Shown: positions 17,283 through 28,204, numbered from the stretch's first letter. The stretch: DNA of 64,000 nt from Candidatus Campbellbacteria bacterium (GCA_016699465.1 CP064977.1:333668-397667); one strand, 5' to 3'. Notes: a model not told the origin generated them from the letters alone. A program made the numbers and translations.

Positions 17283-19478
17283 ATGGCAAAGAAAAAAAGA
17301 GTCGAAAAAACCGAACCATTCTTTAAACTTGGACTCCAAGAAGAAACAAAATACGCCGTCTTATCAGTTGTTTTTTGCGTTGTGGGTATCTTCCTTTTAT
17401 TAGCAGCTTTTGTACAAGCAGGTATCGTTGGAGAGAAAATATTTTCGTTTTCTTCCACATTACTCGGCGTCGGATATTACCTCCTCCCTACCCTCGCATT
17501 CATTCTTGCGATCGGCTACTTTAAAACTGAGAAGGCAAATTTTGCACTCACTAATGTTGTTGGTTCTCTTCTCTTTATTGCATCGGGACTCGGTATCATT
17601 GAAGTACTTTTTCCTCAAAAAGCCGGGTACTTTGGCATCTGGATTGCACATCCTCTCGTCTACTTATTTGCAACATCTGGAGCAATGGTGGCACTCATCG
17701 CGCTCTTCCTCATTTCTATATTAGTACTTTCAAACACACACCCACTTTCTGTCATTAATGCGTGGCGAGAACGTCGTGCAGAGAAAATGGCCGCACGAAC
17801 CCTTGCACAAGAAGACGTGAACGCGTCTGTTGCTGCGGTTGAAGAAAAGCAGGCACACGAAATGCCTATGGAAACACCTCAAGAAAAAAACGCGAACACT
17901 CCCGAAGAAAAGAAAGACGGAGGACTCTTTTCATTCAAGAAAAAGAAACCGGACGGTGAACCTGAGTTCTCTCCATTATTTGCATCAGTGGCTGGTGACT
18001 ACATTCCTCCCCCACTCTCCATCTTTTCAAAAGATTCCGGAAAACCAGGGGTTGGTGATATCAAAGCAAACGCAAACATCATCAAAAGAACACTCCAAAA
18101 CTTTGGTATTGATGTTGCCATGGACGAAATCTCCATTGGACCGTCCGTTACTCGATACGCAATGAAACCAGCCGAAGGTGTTCGCCTTTCAAAAATTCTT
18201 GGACTTCAAAAGAACCTCGAACTTGCACTTGCTGCACACCCTGTCCGCATCGAAGCGCCAATTCCAGGAAAAGCACTTGTAGGTATTGAAGTGCCGAACT
18301 CCGCAAAGACAACCGTTGGTCTTGGCAACCTTCTATCAACTGAGGAATATACCGCATCCCAGCACCGCCTCCTCATGACACTTGGTCGCGACGTGGATGG
18401 CCAGGCCGTCTTTGCAAACCTCGCAAAAATGCCTCACATGCTTATCGCAGGTACCACAGGATCTGGAAAATCGGTTACTATTCACGCACTCGTCAACTCT
18501 CTCCTCTTCCGCAATGGGCCAAATGCAATGCGATTTGTGATGATTGACCCAAAGCGTGTTGAATTGACCCTCTACAACGGTATTCCGCACCTTCTCACTC
18601 CTGTTATTACCGACCCAAAGAAAGCTATTCTTGGACTTAAGTGGCTCGTAAAAGAAATGGAACGACGCTATAACGTTCTTGAAGAACACAAGGTGCGCGA
18701 TATTTCTTCGTATCACAACTCAATAGTCTCTCCTGCTATCGAAAAATACAAAGGTGCTGATGAAGAACTCGCCATTGATATGCCCGAGACCATGCCGTAC
18801 ATCGTTGTGGTTATTGATGAGCTTGCCGACATTATGAGTACGTACCCACGCGAACTTGAAGCCGGCATTGTCCGTCTTGCTCAAATGTCCCGCGCGGTTG
18901 GTATTCACCTCATCCTTTCAACACAACGACCATCAGTGAACGTTATTACCGGCCTCATCAAAGCAAACATCCCAGCCCGCATTGCCATGCAGGTGTCCTC
19001 ACAAATTGACTCACGAACAATTCTCGACACATCCGGAGCTGAAAAATTACTCGGAGCCGGAGACATGCTCTTTATGTCAGGTGATATGGGTAAGCCACGA
19101 CGTATTCAATCGGCGTTTATTTCTGAAGATGAGGTAAAGAAAGTGAGCGAATTCTTGAAAAAACACGACAATGGCAATGCCGAAACAGAGCTCACTCTCG
19201 ATCTCGATACATCACACTCGTCGGATGGAGGAGGATTTGGTGACGAAGATGAAATAGACGACGACCTCTTTGAGGACGCTCGCGAAACAGTGGTGCACGC
19301 AGGAAAAGCATCAACATCATACCTTCAACGAAAACTCCGCATTGGGTATTCACGTGCCGCACGATTGATGGATGTACTTGAGGAACGAGGTGTCATTGGA
19401 CCAGCCGATGGATCGAAACCGCGTGATGTGCTCGTTGGCAAACCGAGCGAAACGAATGGTAATGATGGTACTGTATAA
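17283..19478 (+). CDS. ftsK: DNA translocase FtsK/SpoIIIE
   Basis: N-terminal TM segments, Walker A GTTGSGKS, DExx VVVIDELADIM and a C-terminal gamma domain (winged helix ASTSYLQRKLRIGYSRAARLMDVLEERGVIGP). Start at ATG 17283 (MAKKKRVEK). Confidence 0.85.
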   Translation: MAKKKRVEKTEPFFKLGLQEETKYAVLSVVFCVVGIFLLLAAFVQAGIVGEKIFSFSSTLLGVGYYLLPTLAFILAIGYFKTEKANFALTNVVGSLLFIASGLGIIEVLFPQKAGYFGIWIAHPLVYLFATSGAMVALIALFLISILVLSNTHPLSVINAWRERRAEKMAARTLAQEDVNASVAAVEEKQAHEMPMETPQEKNANTPEEKKDGGLFSFKKKKPDGEPEFSPLFASVAGDYIPPPLSIFSKDSGKPGVGDIKANANIIKRTLQNFGIDVAMDEISIGPSVTRYAMKPAEGVRLSKILGLQKNLELALAAHPVRIEAPIPGKALVGIEVPNSAKTTVGLGNLLSTEEYTASQHRLLMTLGRDVDGQAVFANLAKMPHMLIAGTTGSGKSVTIHALVNSLLFRNGPNAMRFVMIDPKRVELTLYNGIPHLLTPVITDPKKAILGLKWLVKEMERRYNVLEEHKVRDISSYHNSIVSPAIEKYKGADEELAIDMPETMPYIVVVIDELADIMSTYPRELEAGIVRLAQMSRAVGIHLILSTQRPSVNVITGLIKANIPARIAMQVSSQIDSRTILDTSGAEKLLGAGDMLFMSGDMGKPRRIQSAFISEDEVKKVSEFLKKHDNGNAETELTLDLDTSHSSDGGGFGDEDEIDDDLFEDARETVVHAGKASTSYLQRKLRIGYSRAARLMDVLEERGVIGPADGSKPRDVLVGKPSETNGNDGTV

Positions 19479-19480
19479 TC

Positions 19481-19990
19481 ATGGCCTTTAGACCCTCAAG
19501 TAGGTACGTTTTTATTCTCCTCGCGATTGCGGTTTTTGTGTCGTACGCATACTTTGAAACACGTGGGTACATTCACGGCCCTCAATTGACCATAACAGCT
19601 CCCACCGACGGATTTTCCGTTACCGAAGAAGAACTCACTGTTGAGGGAGACGCAAAAAATATAACCGCTATAACCCTCAATGGCCGAGCAATCTTTGTTG
19701 ACGAAGCGGGTCATTTTAAGGAAAATGTAGTACTCATGCCTGGGTACAATGCACTTACCCTTGCTGTTACCGATCGGTATGAGCGAACAAATGTGCAGTA
19801 CTTGCGAGGAATGTATATGGCGTCTGCGGCTGACAAAAATATTTCAAAAACACCCGTAGCAACTTCCACTAATTCATTGCATGAAGCTTCTACTAAAAAC
19901 ACCGACGAAAACCAAGAGACGGCAACAACAAGCACACCACTAGAGAACGCCAGCTCAACGGCAACACATACACCCGCAACGACACTTTAG
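19481..19990 (+). CDS. Hypothetical membrane-anchored protein with an Ig-like beta domain and a Thr/Ser-rich tail
   Basis: N-terminal TM (VFILLAIAVFVSYAYF) and a T/S-rich C-terminus. Its start follows the ftsK stop by 2 nt. Confidence 0.45.
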   Translation: MAFRPSSRYVFILLAIAVFVSYAYFETRGYIHGPQLTITAPTDGFSVTEEELTVEGDAKNITAITLNGRAIFVDEAGHFKENVVLMPGYNALTLAVTDRYERTNVQYLRGMYMASAADKNISKTPVATSTNSLHEASTKNTDENQETATTSTPLENASSTATHTPATTL

Positions 19991-20038
19991 AAAAATTTTA
20001 TTAATACCGAGTATAGTAGCAACACATAACACACATAT

Positions 20039-21067
20039 ATGGCATTCAATAAAAAAGCAAAAGCACCAAAAGAGTTGAAAAAGACTGTCGGACAAATCGA
20101 AGACGCACTCCGACAAATCAAAACAAAATTTGGCGAGGACGCCATTATGATGTTGGGTGCTCGACCACACGTCGATGTTGAAGCAATTCCAACAGGATCA
20201 CTCTCCTTGGATGCCGCACTCGGTATCGGAGGTATTCCTCGTGGACGTATTATTGAAATTTATGGACCAGAGTCATCTGGAAAAACGACACTCGCGCTAC
20301 ACATCGTTGCTGAAGCACAAAAACTTGGTGGCGTATGTGCGTACGTTGATGCCGAACACGCCATGGATCCAGAGTACTCAAAACGTCTTGGTGTAAAGAT
20401 TGATGAACTTCTTATTTCTCAACCAGATACAGGAGAACAAGCGCTCGAAATCGTCGAATCACTCGTTCGTACAGGAAAAATCGACGTCATTGTCGTGGAT
20501 TCCGTTGCCGCACTCACACCAAAAGATGAAATCGAGGGTGAAATGGGCGCACAACACGTTGGTAAACAGGCACGTCTCATGAGTCAGGCACTTCGCAAAC
20601 TCACAGGTATTGTCGCTAAGAGTAAGACGGTGGTTATCTTTATTAACCAGATTCGTATGAAGATTGGTGTCATGTTTGGGAATCCAGAAACAACTCCAGG
20701 AGGAAATGCTCTCAAATTTTACGCGTCAGTTCGAATGGACGTCCGCCGTATCGCGCAGATTAAAAAGGGAGAAGAAGTTGTCGGAGGCCGTGTTCGTGTC
20801 AAAGTGGTGAAGAACAAAGTTGCGGCACCATTTCGACAGGCAGAGTTTGATCTTGTCTTTCCTAACGGTATTTCCCGCGAAGGTGAGCTCATTGCACTAG
20901 GTGAAAAATACAGCATCATTGAAAAAAGTGGTGCATCCTACAAGTATGGAAGTGTCGCCCTTGGACGCGGATATGATGCGACACGACAATTCCTCATTGA
21001 AAACAAAGATGTTGCTGAAAAACTCACGGCAGAGATTATGGAAAAACTGAATGCTGTGGAGGAGTAG
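20039..21067 (+). CDS. recA: Recombinase RecA
   Basis: [20 protein letters not shown] is the Walker A segment. The L2 loop and the rest of the sequence are classic RecA. Confidence 0.95.
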   Translation: MAFNKKAKAPKELKKTVGQIEDALRQIKTKFGEDAIMMLGARPHVDVEAIPTGSLSLDAALGIGGIPRGRIIEIYGPESSGKTTLALHIVAEAQKLGGVCAYVDAEHAMDPEYSKRLGVKIDELLISQPDTGEQALEIVESLVRTGKIDVIVVDSVAALTPKDEIEGEMGAQHVGKQARLMSQALRKLTGIVAKSKTVVIFINQIRMKIGVMFGNPETTPGGNALKFYASVRMDVRRIAQIKKGEEVVGGRVRVKVVKNKVAAPFRQAEFDLVFPNGISREGELIALGEKYSIIEKSGASYKYGSVALGRGYDATRQFLIENKDVAEKLTAEIMEKLNAVEE

Positions 21068-21148
21068 CGCACCTTGCCGTTTTGGCCCATTTTTGTTACC
21101 TTGGAGACGCTCGCCAGCATATTTAGGCGAGCGTTAATCTGAACGCAT

Positions 21149-21709
21149 ATGCTTACATACAGCGAAATTCGCAACGGAAAAGTCATTCTTCTTAACAACG
21201 AGCCATACATTGTGCTTGATTCACACGTGTTTCGTAAACAACAACGAAAACCGGTCAATGCTACTAAGTTACGAAACCTCATCACAGGGAAAGTAACCGA
21301 GTACTCCTTCCACGTATCAGAAAAAGCTGAGGAAGCAGAAATTGAAAACCGACCTCTTGTTTTTATCTACAACAACAAAGGACAATGGTGGTTCCATGCC
21401 GTAGGTAAACCCAGCGAACGTATCACACTCGATGAAGAGTTACTTGGTGACCAGTCGAAGTTTTTGAAAGAAAAAATGGAAATCATTGGGCTCTTTTTTG
21501 ATGATAAACCTATTGGAGTTAAACTTCCTATTAAGGTGCAGTACAAAGTTGTTGAAGCACCTCCAACTATTCGTGGAAATACGTCTCAGGGTGGAAACAA
21601 GCTCGTAAAGCTCGAGACAGGGGCCATGATTAGTGCTCCCCTCTTTGTTGAAATGGGAGACACACTTGAAATCAATACAGAAACCGGCGAATACGTTTCC
21701 CGAGCATAA
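21149..21709 (+). CDS. efp: Translation elongation factor P
   Basis: Length and three-domain pattern match EF-P. The loop that carries the modified Lys34 in E. coli (KPGKG) reads RKQQRKPV here. Confidence 0.85.
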   Translation: MLTYSEIRNGKVILLNNEPYIVLDSHVFRKQQRKPVNATKLRNLITGKVTEYSFHVSEKAEEAEIENRPLVFIYNNKGQWWFHAVGKPSERITLDEELLGDQSKFLKEKMEIIGLFFDDKPIGVKLPIKVQYKVVEAPPTIRGNTSQGGNKLVKLETGAMISAPLFVEMGDTLEINTETGEYVSRA

Positions 21710-21727
21710 TCACTCTTTTCAGCAACT

Positions 21728-21760
21728 AAAAAAACGCCCTAGAGGGCGTTTTTTTGTATT
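21728..21760 (+). terminator. Intrinsic terminator after efp
   Basis: aaaaaaacgcccta-gag-ggcgtttttttgtatt. Confidence 0.7.
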
Positions 21761-21772
21761 GGTTGAGTGAAT

Positions 21773-21976
21773 CTATCCTGCAATGTATGGAAGAAGTCCC
21801 ATAAATCGTGCACGCTTGATTGCAACGGCCAATTCACGCTGGTGGGTACCACACACTCCTGTGTATCGTCGTGTCTTCATGCGTGAGTAGGGATTGAGGA
21901 AACGACGCAACACCTTGATATCTTTATAATCAACGTGTTTGATGTTTTGTTCTTTAAAAAAGCAACTCTTTTTCAT
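21773..21976 (-). CDS. rpsR: 30S ribosomal protein S18
   Basis: KDIKVLRRFLNPYSRMKTRRYTGVCGTHQRELAVAIKRARFMGLLPY. Confidence 0.9.
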   Translation of the reverse strand: MKKSCFFKEQNIKHVDYKDIKVLRRFLNPYSRMKTRRYTGVCGTHQRELAVAIKRARFMGLLPYIAG

Positions 21977-21996
21977 ACGATTTTACAAATAAGTAA

Positions 21997-22467
21997 TTAA
22001 AAAGGAATGTCTTCTGGGTTAATACCTTCTTCTTGTGCGTCTGGATATTGAATGGTGTCTATTGCTGGTGCTGATTGTTCCTGTTGCGGCTTTCCCTTCC
22101 CTGCACCACCTGAGAATGATTGTCCTTCAGATGCGCCACCAGAACGTGGCCCAAACTGTACGTGATCTGCAATAACCTCTGTTCGATATTTCTTTGAACC
22201 GTCTTGTGCATCCCAACTTCGAGTTACCATACGTCCCTCAACAAATGCTGATGATCCCTTGCGAAGGTACTGAGATACTGTTTCTGCTTGTTTACCAAAT
22301 ACAACAACGTTGTGAAAATCTGTTGACTCTTGTTTGTTTCCCTCTTTATCTCTCCACACACGATTTGTTGCAAGACTAAATGTTGTCACCGACGAACCTG
22401 AAGGAAGTGACTTGAGCTCAGGATCGCGAGTGAGGTTGCCATACAAAAGTGCTTTGTTTATATACAT
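21997..22467 (-). CDS. ssb: Single-stranded DNA-binding protein
   Basis: OB-fold N-terminus, Gly/Gln-rich linker and an acidic C-terminal tip EEGINPEDIPF. Confidence 0.9.
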   Translation of the reverse strand: MYINKALLYGNLTRDPELKSLPSGSSVTTFSLATNRVWRDKEGNKQESTDFHNVVVFGKQAETVSQYLRKGSSAFVEGRMVTRSWDAQDGSKKYRTEVIADHVQFGPRSGGASEGQSFSGGAGKGKPQQEQSAPAIDTIQYPDAQEEGINPEDIPF

Positions 22468-22543
22468 AGAAGTTGGGAGTTGGGGGTGAGAAGTTAGTGG
22501 TTAGTTTTGGTTTAGGTTTTGGAAATTTGGTTTTTTGGAAAAC
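22466..22543. repeat. 78-nt completely C-free (plus-strand) intergenic spacer of GTTGGGAG/GGTTAGT motifs; contains gaagttagtggttagtttt
   Basis: No cytosine from 22466 to 22543. The same 19-mer occurs in reverse complement at 27152-27176. Confidence 0.6.
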
Positions 22544-23064
22544 TAAACGACAAGTTTTTCAATCTCAACGTCCATTTGTTCTGTTGTCATCGGAGCAGCA
22601 TCTGGAGCAACCGGAGCAACGTCCTCAACCTTCACATCTTCTTTCTCTTCTGGAGCCTTGTGATCAACATGACCAGCATGTGCCGGGTGTTTAACAACAG
22701 GAGCATCCGCGTATGTCTTTACCAAGAGGTGGCGTAGAATGTGTTCATTTTTACCCATTTCTTCTTTAATGGCGTGCGCGTGATGTGGAAGTGCCTCGAA
22801 TACAAACCAACCAAAGTATGCTGTAGCACACGTGTGGCGAGTTCGTGCAATATCACACACAAGCGGATATGCAAGCGTCATAAGCTGAGGCCATTCTTCA
22901 CTGAGTACTTTGGCATTGTGCGCATCAAGCATAGAACGAAGTGTGTCCATTTCTTTTGCGAGACCATCGTCTCCAACCATAGGAACAACATGAAAACCAA
23001 GCTCATAGAGCCGGCTGTCTGCATCATTGTCTTCCTCGATATGTTTTTGTTTCTCTTCTACCAT
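22543..23064 (-). CDS. rpsF: 30S ribosomal protein S6 with a long His/acidic C-terminal extension
   Basis: RLYELGFHVVPMVGDD...PQLMTLAYP matches the S6 core (YExxFxVxP...LAYP). The gene lies in the conserved rpsF-ssb-rpsR arrangement. Start set at MVEEKQKH. Confidence 0.7.
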   Translation of the reverse strand: MVEEKQKHIEEDNDADSRLYELGFHVVPMVGDDGLAKEMDTLRSMLDAHNAKVLSEEWPQLMTLAYPLVCDIARTRHTCATAYFGWFVFEALPHHAHAIKEEMGKNEHILRHLLVKTYADAPVVKHPAHAGHVDHKAPEEKEDVKVEDVAPVAPDAAPMTTEQMDVEIEKLVV

Positions 23065-23165
23065 AGGCGTCCTAGCGTAGCATATGTTTACCCCCGTCGC
23101 AAGGGGCGATTTAATAATTATTTTATATCCCAAAACGGCTTTTTTCCCTTGTTTCTAGCCCTATA

Positions 23166-23999
23166 TTACACAACATCACCTTCAATACGAAAGGCCCTCA
23201 AAGCATTGGCGGTGAGCATTCGCGCACATGCTTCAATTGACAGACCTTTAAGCTCGGCTATCTTTTCCACAACGTGCCGAACATACGGCGGTTCGTTTCG
23301 TTTTCCTCGAAATGGCGTCGGCGCAGCAAACGGAGCATCTGTTTCTGCCATAATCATGTCCTGTGGAATAAAGCGAATCACTTCGTCGTAATCCCGCGCA
23401 AACGTAATAGGCCCATCAAACGACAATGAAAACCCAAGATTGAGAAACCGACGCGCCACATCAACGGTCCCAGCAAAAAAGTGCACATTACCTTGTATCG
23501 TGCTTCGTGCTTCGTGCTTCATGCTTTCGAGCACGGTGAGAACATCCTCATAGGCATCCATTGATCCTTTTGCAGGGCGTGCATGAATCATAAGCGGAAG
23601 TGCGTGCTCCTGCGCAAGTTCTACATGTTGAATAAAAAGGCGCCTTTGTTCTTCTTTAATATTTGATATCTGATATTTGTCATTGGGATTATTTTCGCCC
23701 AAGCGAAAATAATCCAGCCCCGTCTCCCCTAGTGCAACAACCTTTGAGTGCCGTGCGAGTTCAGGAATCCCACCAAAATCTGCGTGTACACCTTCGTGGG
23801 TAGGGTGAATACCAACAGTCGCAAAAAGATGTTCGTGCTTTTCCGCTAATGCAATTGAATCCTTTGATGTCTGTACATCAGTTCCTACTGTTATCGTACC
23901 AATCTTTTCTTCTTTCATGCGAGCTATCACAGCGTCTCGATCAACGTCAAAATCACTGAAGGTAAGGTGCGAATGAATATCAAAAAGTGAGTACTGCAT
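23166..23999 (-). CDS. tatD: TatD-family metal-dependent deoxyribonuclease
   Basis: FDIHSHL...AIGETGLDYFR...PLMIHAR...ETDAPF are the TatD motifs. Start set at MQYSLFDIHSHL. Confidence 0.85.
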   Translation of the reverse strand: MQYSLFDIHSHLTFSDFDVDRDAVIARMKEEKIGTITVGTDVQTSKDSIALAEKHEHLFATVGIHPTHEGVHADFGGIPELARHSKVVALGETGLDYFRLGENNPNDKYQISNIKEEQRRLFIQHVELAQEHALPLMIHARPAKGSMDAYEDVLTVLESMKHEARSTIQGNVHFFAGTVDVARRFLNLGFSLSFDGPITFARDYDEVIRFIPQDMIMAETDAPFAAPTPFRGKRNEPPYVRHVVEKIAELKGLSIEACARMLTANALRAFRIEGDVV

Positions 24000-24006
24000 G
24001 GGACAC

Positions 24007-25068
24007 TCACACAAGACTATCACTAGAAAAATGACGTTTTGAATCCTGCAATAATTCCATCGCAATAGCAGACAGCGGCACCGCAAGAACCATACCAAGA
24101 AATCCCGCTAATTCTGCCCCAACGACAAGGGCTAGAATAATAATAATCGCAGGAACACCGATAACCTTATTTACCACAAGCGGATAAATGAGATGGTTTT
24201 CAAATTGTTGAATAATGACAAACAAACCAATCACAAGAAACGCGAGAGAAACACTCCCCTGTGTATATGCGACGAGTACAGCAGGAATACTCGAAAGAAT
24301 AGGACCAAAAAGAGGAATGATTTCAAATAGCCCAGAAAGAACTGCGAACAAAAATGCATGACCAATACCTAGAATTGTAAGTCCAAGATAACTCAACACA
24401 CCAACAATGAGCATCAACAACAGCTGGCCTTGCATCCACTGACCTATTTTGCGTTGTGCGCGAACCCACAAATCTAATACATACACTCGATGTCGGTGTG
24501 GTGTTACTAACTGCAAAAAATCAGAAATTCCATTTTCTCGAACAGATAAGTAGAACGACAATACAATCACAAGAATAAATGAGAATACACCACCGAAAAT
24601 AGTACTGAGTGTCTGGAACGCACCTCCTGGAACAGTAATAATCGAGCGTAGAGATGAAAGTACATCGCCTGTGGAAAGTGTACTTGAAATACCCTGAATG
24701 ACCGCTGAAGACTCAGGAGCAGCAAGACGACCTAGAAGAGAATCCGAATCGAGAGAACCCAAATATCCCGGAACTTGAGATAAAAATGCCGACAAATCAC
24801 CCAAAAGTGACGGTAACAAAAAATATACAATTCCAAAAAGCGTCGCTGCAATACAAAGATACATTATGACCACTGCGACCGTTCGCGGAAGACGATACTT
24901 CATGCACCAGCGTGTTGCTGGCTCAATGGCTGATGCAATAACAACCGCAGTAAGAACCACTAGTACTATATCTTTCAAAAGATAGAGTGCATACACAGAA
25001 ACAAGAACGCATACGGCCTTTAACACCGAAAGTGGCTCTATTGAAAAACGTACATTTTGTACTTCCAT
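24007..25068 (-). CDS. AI-2E family transporter (UPF0118/PerM)
   Basis: Eight-TM pattern with a conserved mid-protein loop and C-terminal region typical of AI-2E/TqsA-like proteins. Confidence 0.75.
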   Translation of the reverse strand: MEVQNVRFSIEPLSVLKAVCVLVSVYALYLLKDIVLVVLTAVVIASAIEPATRWCMKYRLPRTVAVVIMYLCIAATLFGIVYFLLPSLLGDLSAFLSQVPGYLGSLDSDSLLGRLAAPESSAVIQGISSTLSTGDVLSSLRSIITVPGGAFQTLSTIFGGVFSFILVIVLSFYLSVRENGISDFLQLVTPHRHRVYVLDLWVRAQRKIGQWMQGQLLLMLIVGVLSYLGLTILGIGHAFLFAVLSGLFEIIPLFGPILSSIPAVLVAYTQGSVSLAFLVIGLFVIIQQFENHLIYPLVVNKVIGVPAIIIILALVVGAELAGFLGMVLAVPLSAIAMELLQDSKRHFSSDSLV

Positions 25069-25184
25069 ATAGACAAAGTATATCCCAAATAACAGAAGTT
25101 GGGAATTGAGAGTTACGAGTTGGGAGTTTACACCCTGAATCCAAACACGTGTAGAGCATGTCCTGCAACCAAACGCGCAACAAC

Positions 25185-27122
25185 CTATTCAACCACACGA
25201 CTCCACGAAGAATCGAACCCTGGGTCTGAGTTTAAGTTGGTATTCAACTCATAGGCAGTATCCCCCACAGTGCCACCAACAGTACTGTCTGTTGCTGACA
25301 ATGTCGCATCTTCCAAAATAACCGGAACTGAACCTATCTGTGTTGCCGATGGAGTAAGTCCAATTTGAAATGCAACGGTTCGAGCTGGCGTACTAAACCC
25401 ACTTCCTGCACGAATTTTTCCTGGACGCCATATAATTTCCCTCGTTGAACTGTCAAAAGAAATACTTTCCGAACTTGGACTTACCACACTCTCCCATGAC
25501 ATGTACGCAGGAAGTACTGCCTTCACCTCTGTGCCCGTTATGTCGTTAACCGAATTCGAAACTGACCACGAAACCGTGTACGTTGTTTTTTGTTCAACTC
25601 GTGGAGGTACCGGACCTGAATTTTCAAGTGGCCCTGTTGTACGAAACGCTTCACTTGTTAGACGAACATCGGATGCAACGCGTACTACCTTTGTACTATC
25701 AGACCTCACCTCTTCTGGAGTAGCACTTTCGGAAACGGCATTTGCTGTAAACGCGAGCACAAGTGAAATTTCTGGGTTTATTCTACCCGAACCAGCCGTA
25801 TCTGTTGGAAGGACATCAAACGAGAATGATACTTTTCCTTGTGATCCGGAATCAATCGTCTTCAATGCAGAGTTGCTGACTTTCGTCCAAGTAAGCGTGT
25901 TTTTTGATGAATTATAAAAACCATCAGTAGACACAACTTTTTTCTCATTAACAGCCTCTCCCTGAAGAGTGACCTCTATCACACCATCAGTCAGTTGTGT
26001 TGGAAGATTATTTTTCCATGTGATATCAACCCGAGCCGTACGTCCTGGGTACAGCGTGACAACATCATTCGAGCTTCCATTGATAACCATACGCGTATCA
26101 ATAAACGAACGCGCAACTTGTATTGCGTGATCCGTTTGTGCAAACACAGCACCAACTTTTGTTGTGTCTCCTTGTGTTGCAATACCTGATGTAAATCTAA
26201 AAATACGGTCTTCTCCATTTTGTCCAGAAAGCGCACCTCGTATATGAATCGTTCGTTTTCCCTTCGGTTCGATACCCCCAAGCGCCCACACCGTATCACT
26301 AAACGTTGGACTTGGATCAGCTGCGGAAAATGCAAAACCAAACGGATAATTCGCAGCAACCACAACATCTTGAAGTGGTATCGCCGAATTTGATGTGATA
26401 TCGAGTGTGAGATCAATATCTTGTCCTGAATTAATTGAACGTGGCGCACTTAAAATAAGCGTAAGCGGACTTGCACCGATACGTACTGCAAAACTACTTT
26501 CTTTTGAGAAAATAGCACTCGAACCCGCGACACGGTACTCCAAACTTACAATAATTGTTTGTGTGCTTCCCTCTTCATTAAATAAAATTGCTTTGGTTGT
26601 TGTGGCGACACTCTTACCTGACGGAATAGTGCCCAATGACGCACGGTATCGAGGTAATTCTTTTGTAACATCATCTGGTGTACGTGTTCCTGTTGGATAT
26701 TCAATTAAAATATCTGCAAGCTGAAGTGCTGATGCGTTTGTATTGTTTACCTCTATCGCCAACGGAAGCACTTCTCCTGCCGTTATAACCACAGGTCCTG
26801 TCACAGTAATTTCTATTTTGTTTGCAGATACAAGGTTTCTGTCTCCACTAAAAAAGAAGGAGGCGGCAAGCAACGACGCACAAAAGAAAATAACAGCTCC
26901 AATAAAAAACCATTTGACCGGTGTGTGGTGACGAGTAATACGTGTCATAGCATGAACTGGCTGATGTGTATGTTCGTGAGAAAAATCCTGGGCAACTTCA
27001 GTATAGCGCTCTTCACGAAATCCGGAACGGTGCAACTGCGTAAGTGAGTCTTCTCCAGGTGTGTTGAGTTTTTTTGCCAATGATTCTATAGGACTGTCGT
27101 TGTCAATAATAGGTTCTTTCAT
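25185..27122 (-). CDS. Large membrane-anchored surface protein with repeated beta-sandwich-like modules
   Basis: About 70-aa cytoplasmic N-terminus, one TM (WFFIGAVIFFCASLLAASFFF), then about 550 aa of T/S/V-rich beta-strand segments. Confidence 0.45.
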   Translation of the reverse strand: MKEPIIDNDSPIESLAKKLNTPGEDSLTQLHRSGFREERYTEVAQDFSHEHTHQPVHAMTRITRHHTPVKWFFIGAVIFFCASLLAASFFFSGDRNLVSANKIEITVTGPVVITAGEVLPLAIEVNNTNASALQLADILIEYPTGTRTPDDVTKELPRYRASLGTIPSGKSVATTTKAILFNEEGSTQTIIVSLEYRVAGSSAIFSKESSFAVRIGASPLTLILSAPRSINSGQDIDLTLDITSNSAIPLQDVVVAANYPFGFAFSAADPSPTFSDTVWALGGIEPKGKRTIHIRGALSGQNGEDRIFRFTSGIATQGDTTKVGAVFAQTDHAIQVARSFIDTRMVINGSSNDVVTLYPGRTARVDITWKNNLPTQLTDGVIEVTLQGEAVNEKKVVSTDGFYNSSKNTLTWTKVSNSALKTIDSGSQGKVSFSFDVLPTDTAGSGRINPEISLVLAFTANAVSESATPEEVRSDSTKVVRVASDVRLTSEAFRTTGPLENSGPVPPRVEQKTTYTVSWSVSNSVNDITGTEVKAVLPAYMSWESVVSPSSESISFDSSTREIIWRPGKIRAGSGFSTPARTVAFQIGLTPSATQIGSVPVILEDATLSATDSTVGGTVGDTAYELNTNLNSDPGFDSSWSRVVE

Positions 27123-27132
27123 GTTCTCTTAG

Positions 27133-27185
27133 TATATCCCAAACCAATACCAAACTAAAACTAACCACTAACTTCCAAAAAACAA
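27133..27185. repeat. G-free (plus-strand) intergenic spacer carrying the reverse complement of the 22490-22516 motif
   Basis: ccaaactaaaactaaccactaacttcc is the reverse complement of ggaagttagtggttagttttagtttgg. A further G-free run of about 80 nt lies at 27259-27338 (caaccacttccaacctcccactcccaactcc). Confidence 0.6.
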
Positions 27186-27307
27186 GGAGCACAGCGACTA
27201 TGTTTTTTGAGAACCCCGCCCTGGCGGGGTGGTGATTTTACACATCTCCCTATCGCTCGCTAATAAAATCAACCACTTCCAACCTCCCACTCCCAACTCC
27301 TATTATT

Positions 27308-28204
27308 TTATATATAATCAAATTCCTTAAATACATTTCGGAAAAGAGACATCACACGCTTTACCTCTCGATGTGTCAGAACAAAATCAGATCCTTGGTG
27401 TGCAATGCGATTACGAATTTTGTGCGCTTCCCACGCATCATCAAGAGTGACAAAATCACTTTTTTCTATCGCTTTAAGCTTTTCACCAAGTGTTTCTCCG
27501 TGGTACCCCATACTCGTTATTAATTCATCAAGAAGAATATCTGCTTCGATGATAGCAACTCGCCAATCAGCTGGATTTTCTGATGCTTCAAGTTTTTCCA
27601 AACGCTCCCATCGTTCATTATGTGAAGAAACGTCTTCCCCACCAAGTTTCTTTTCGAGTGCCCGCATATCATCTTTGTGTTTTTTCATAATCTGACGCCA
27701 TTGTCTCCACGAATACACCGCAAGGAACGCCCCACACAGTGTCACAATGGCAGATACCCACAAAAATACAGAACGCACTTGCCCCACCCATCCCGACAGT
27801 TGTTTTTCTATACTCGTACTATACACCCACCCATCAGGGCTTGATTCAAAATCAACATTAAAAAGTGCATCACTTCCATACAGCACCGGTTCAGAAACGA
27901 TTGTTCCCATAGCACCTTTTTCATGCACACCAAGAATGCGATCACGAAGAGACGAGCCCCACACATCGGTACGTTCAGATGTTATAACACTTGTGTTCAA
28001 TGGCGTATATTGAGTAACTTTTGATGAAAAGGAAAACAAAGCATTTCGCACCACTACCTCTGGTTTAAACTTTCCACCATCAGCAAACTTGCTTTGAAGT
28101 ATGTTAATGGCAACCACAACACAAAAAAGCATGACAAAAATTCCAATGAGTGTTTCAGTTGGATTTTTTGGTGGTGGAGCTGGTTTTTTTCCTTTGTCTG
28201 CCAT
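27308..28204 (-). CDS. Hypothetical two-TM membrane protein with an extracytoplasmic domain and a helical cytoplasmic C-terminus
   Basis: TM1 IGIFVMLFCVVVAINIL and TM2 VFLWVSAIVTLCGAFLAVY. No known motif. Confidence 0.4.
   Translation of the reverse strand: MADKGKKPAPPPKNPTETLIGIFVMLFCVVVAINILQSKFADGGKFKPEVVVRNALFSFSSKVTQYTPLNTSVITSERTDVWGSSLRDRILGVHEKGAMGTIVSEPVLYGSDALFNVDFESSPDGWVYSTSIEKQLSGWVGQVRSVFLWVSAIVTLCGAFLAVYSWRQWRQIMKKHKDDMRALEKKLGGEDVSSHNERWERLEKLEASENPADWRVAIIEADILLDELITSMGYHGETLGEKLKAIEKSDFVTLDDAWEAHKIRNRIAHQGSDFVLTHREVKRVMSLFRNVFKEFDYI

Noticed and set aside
21068-21148. Hairpin acgctcgcc...ggcgagcgt after recA as a terminator
   Set aside because: The stem is good but no U-run follows, so the call is left open. 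It could be an attenuator or a processing hairpin, and it is not listed as a terminator.
23500-23530. cgtgcttcgtgcttcgtgcttcatgc tandem repeat
   Set aside because: It is a coding region of tatD and reads in frame. It is not a regulatory repeat.
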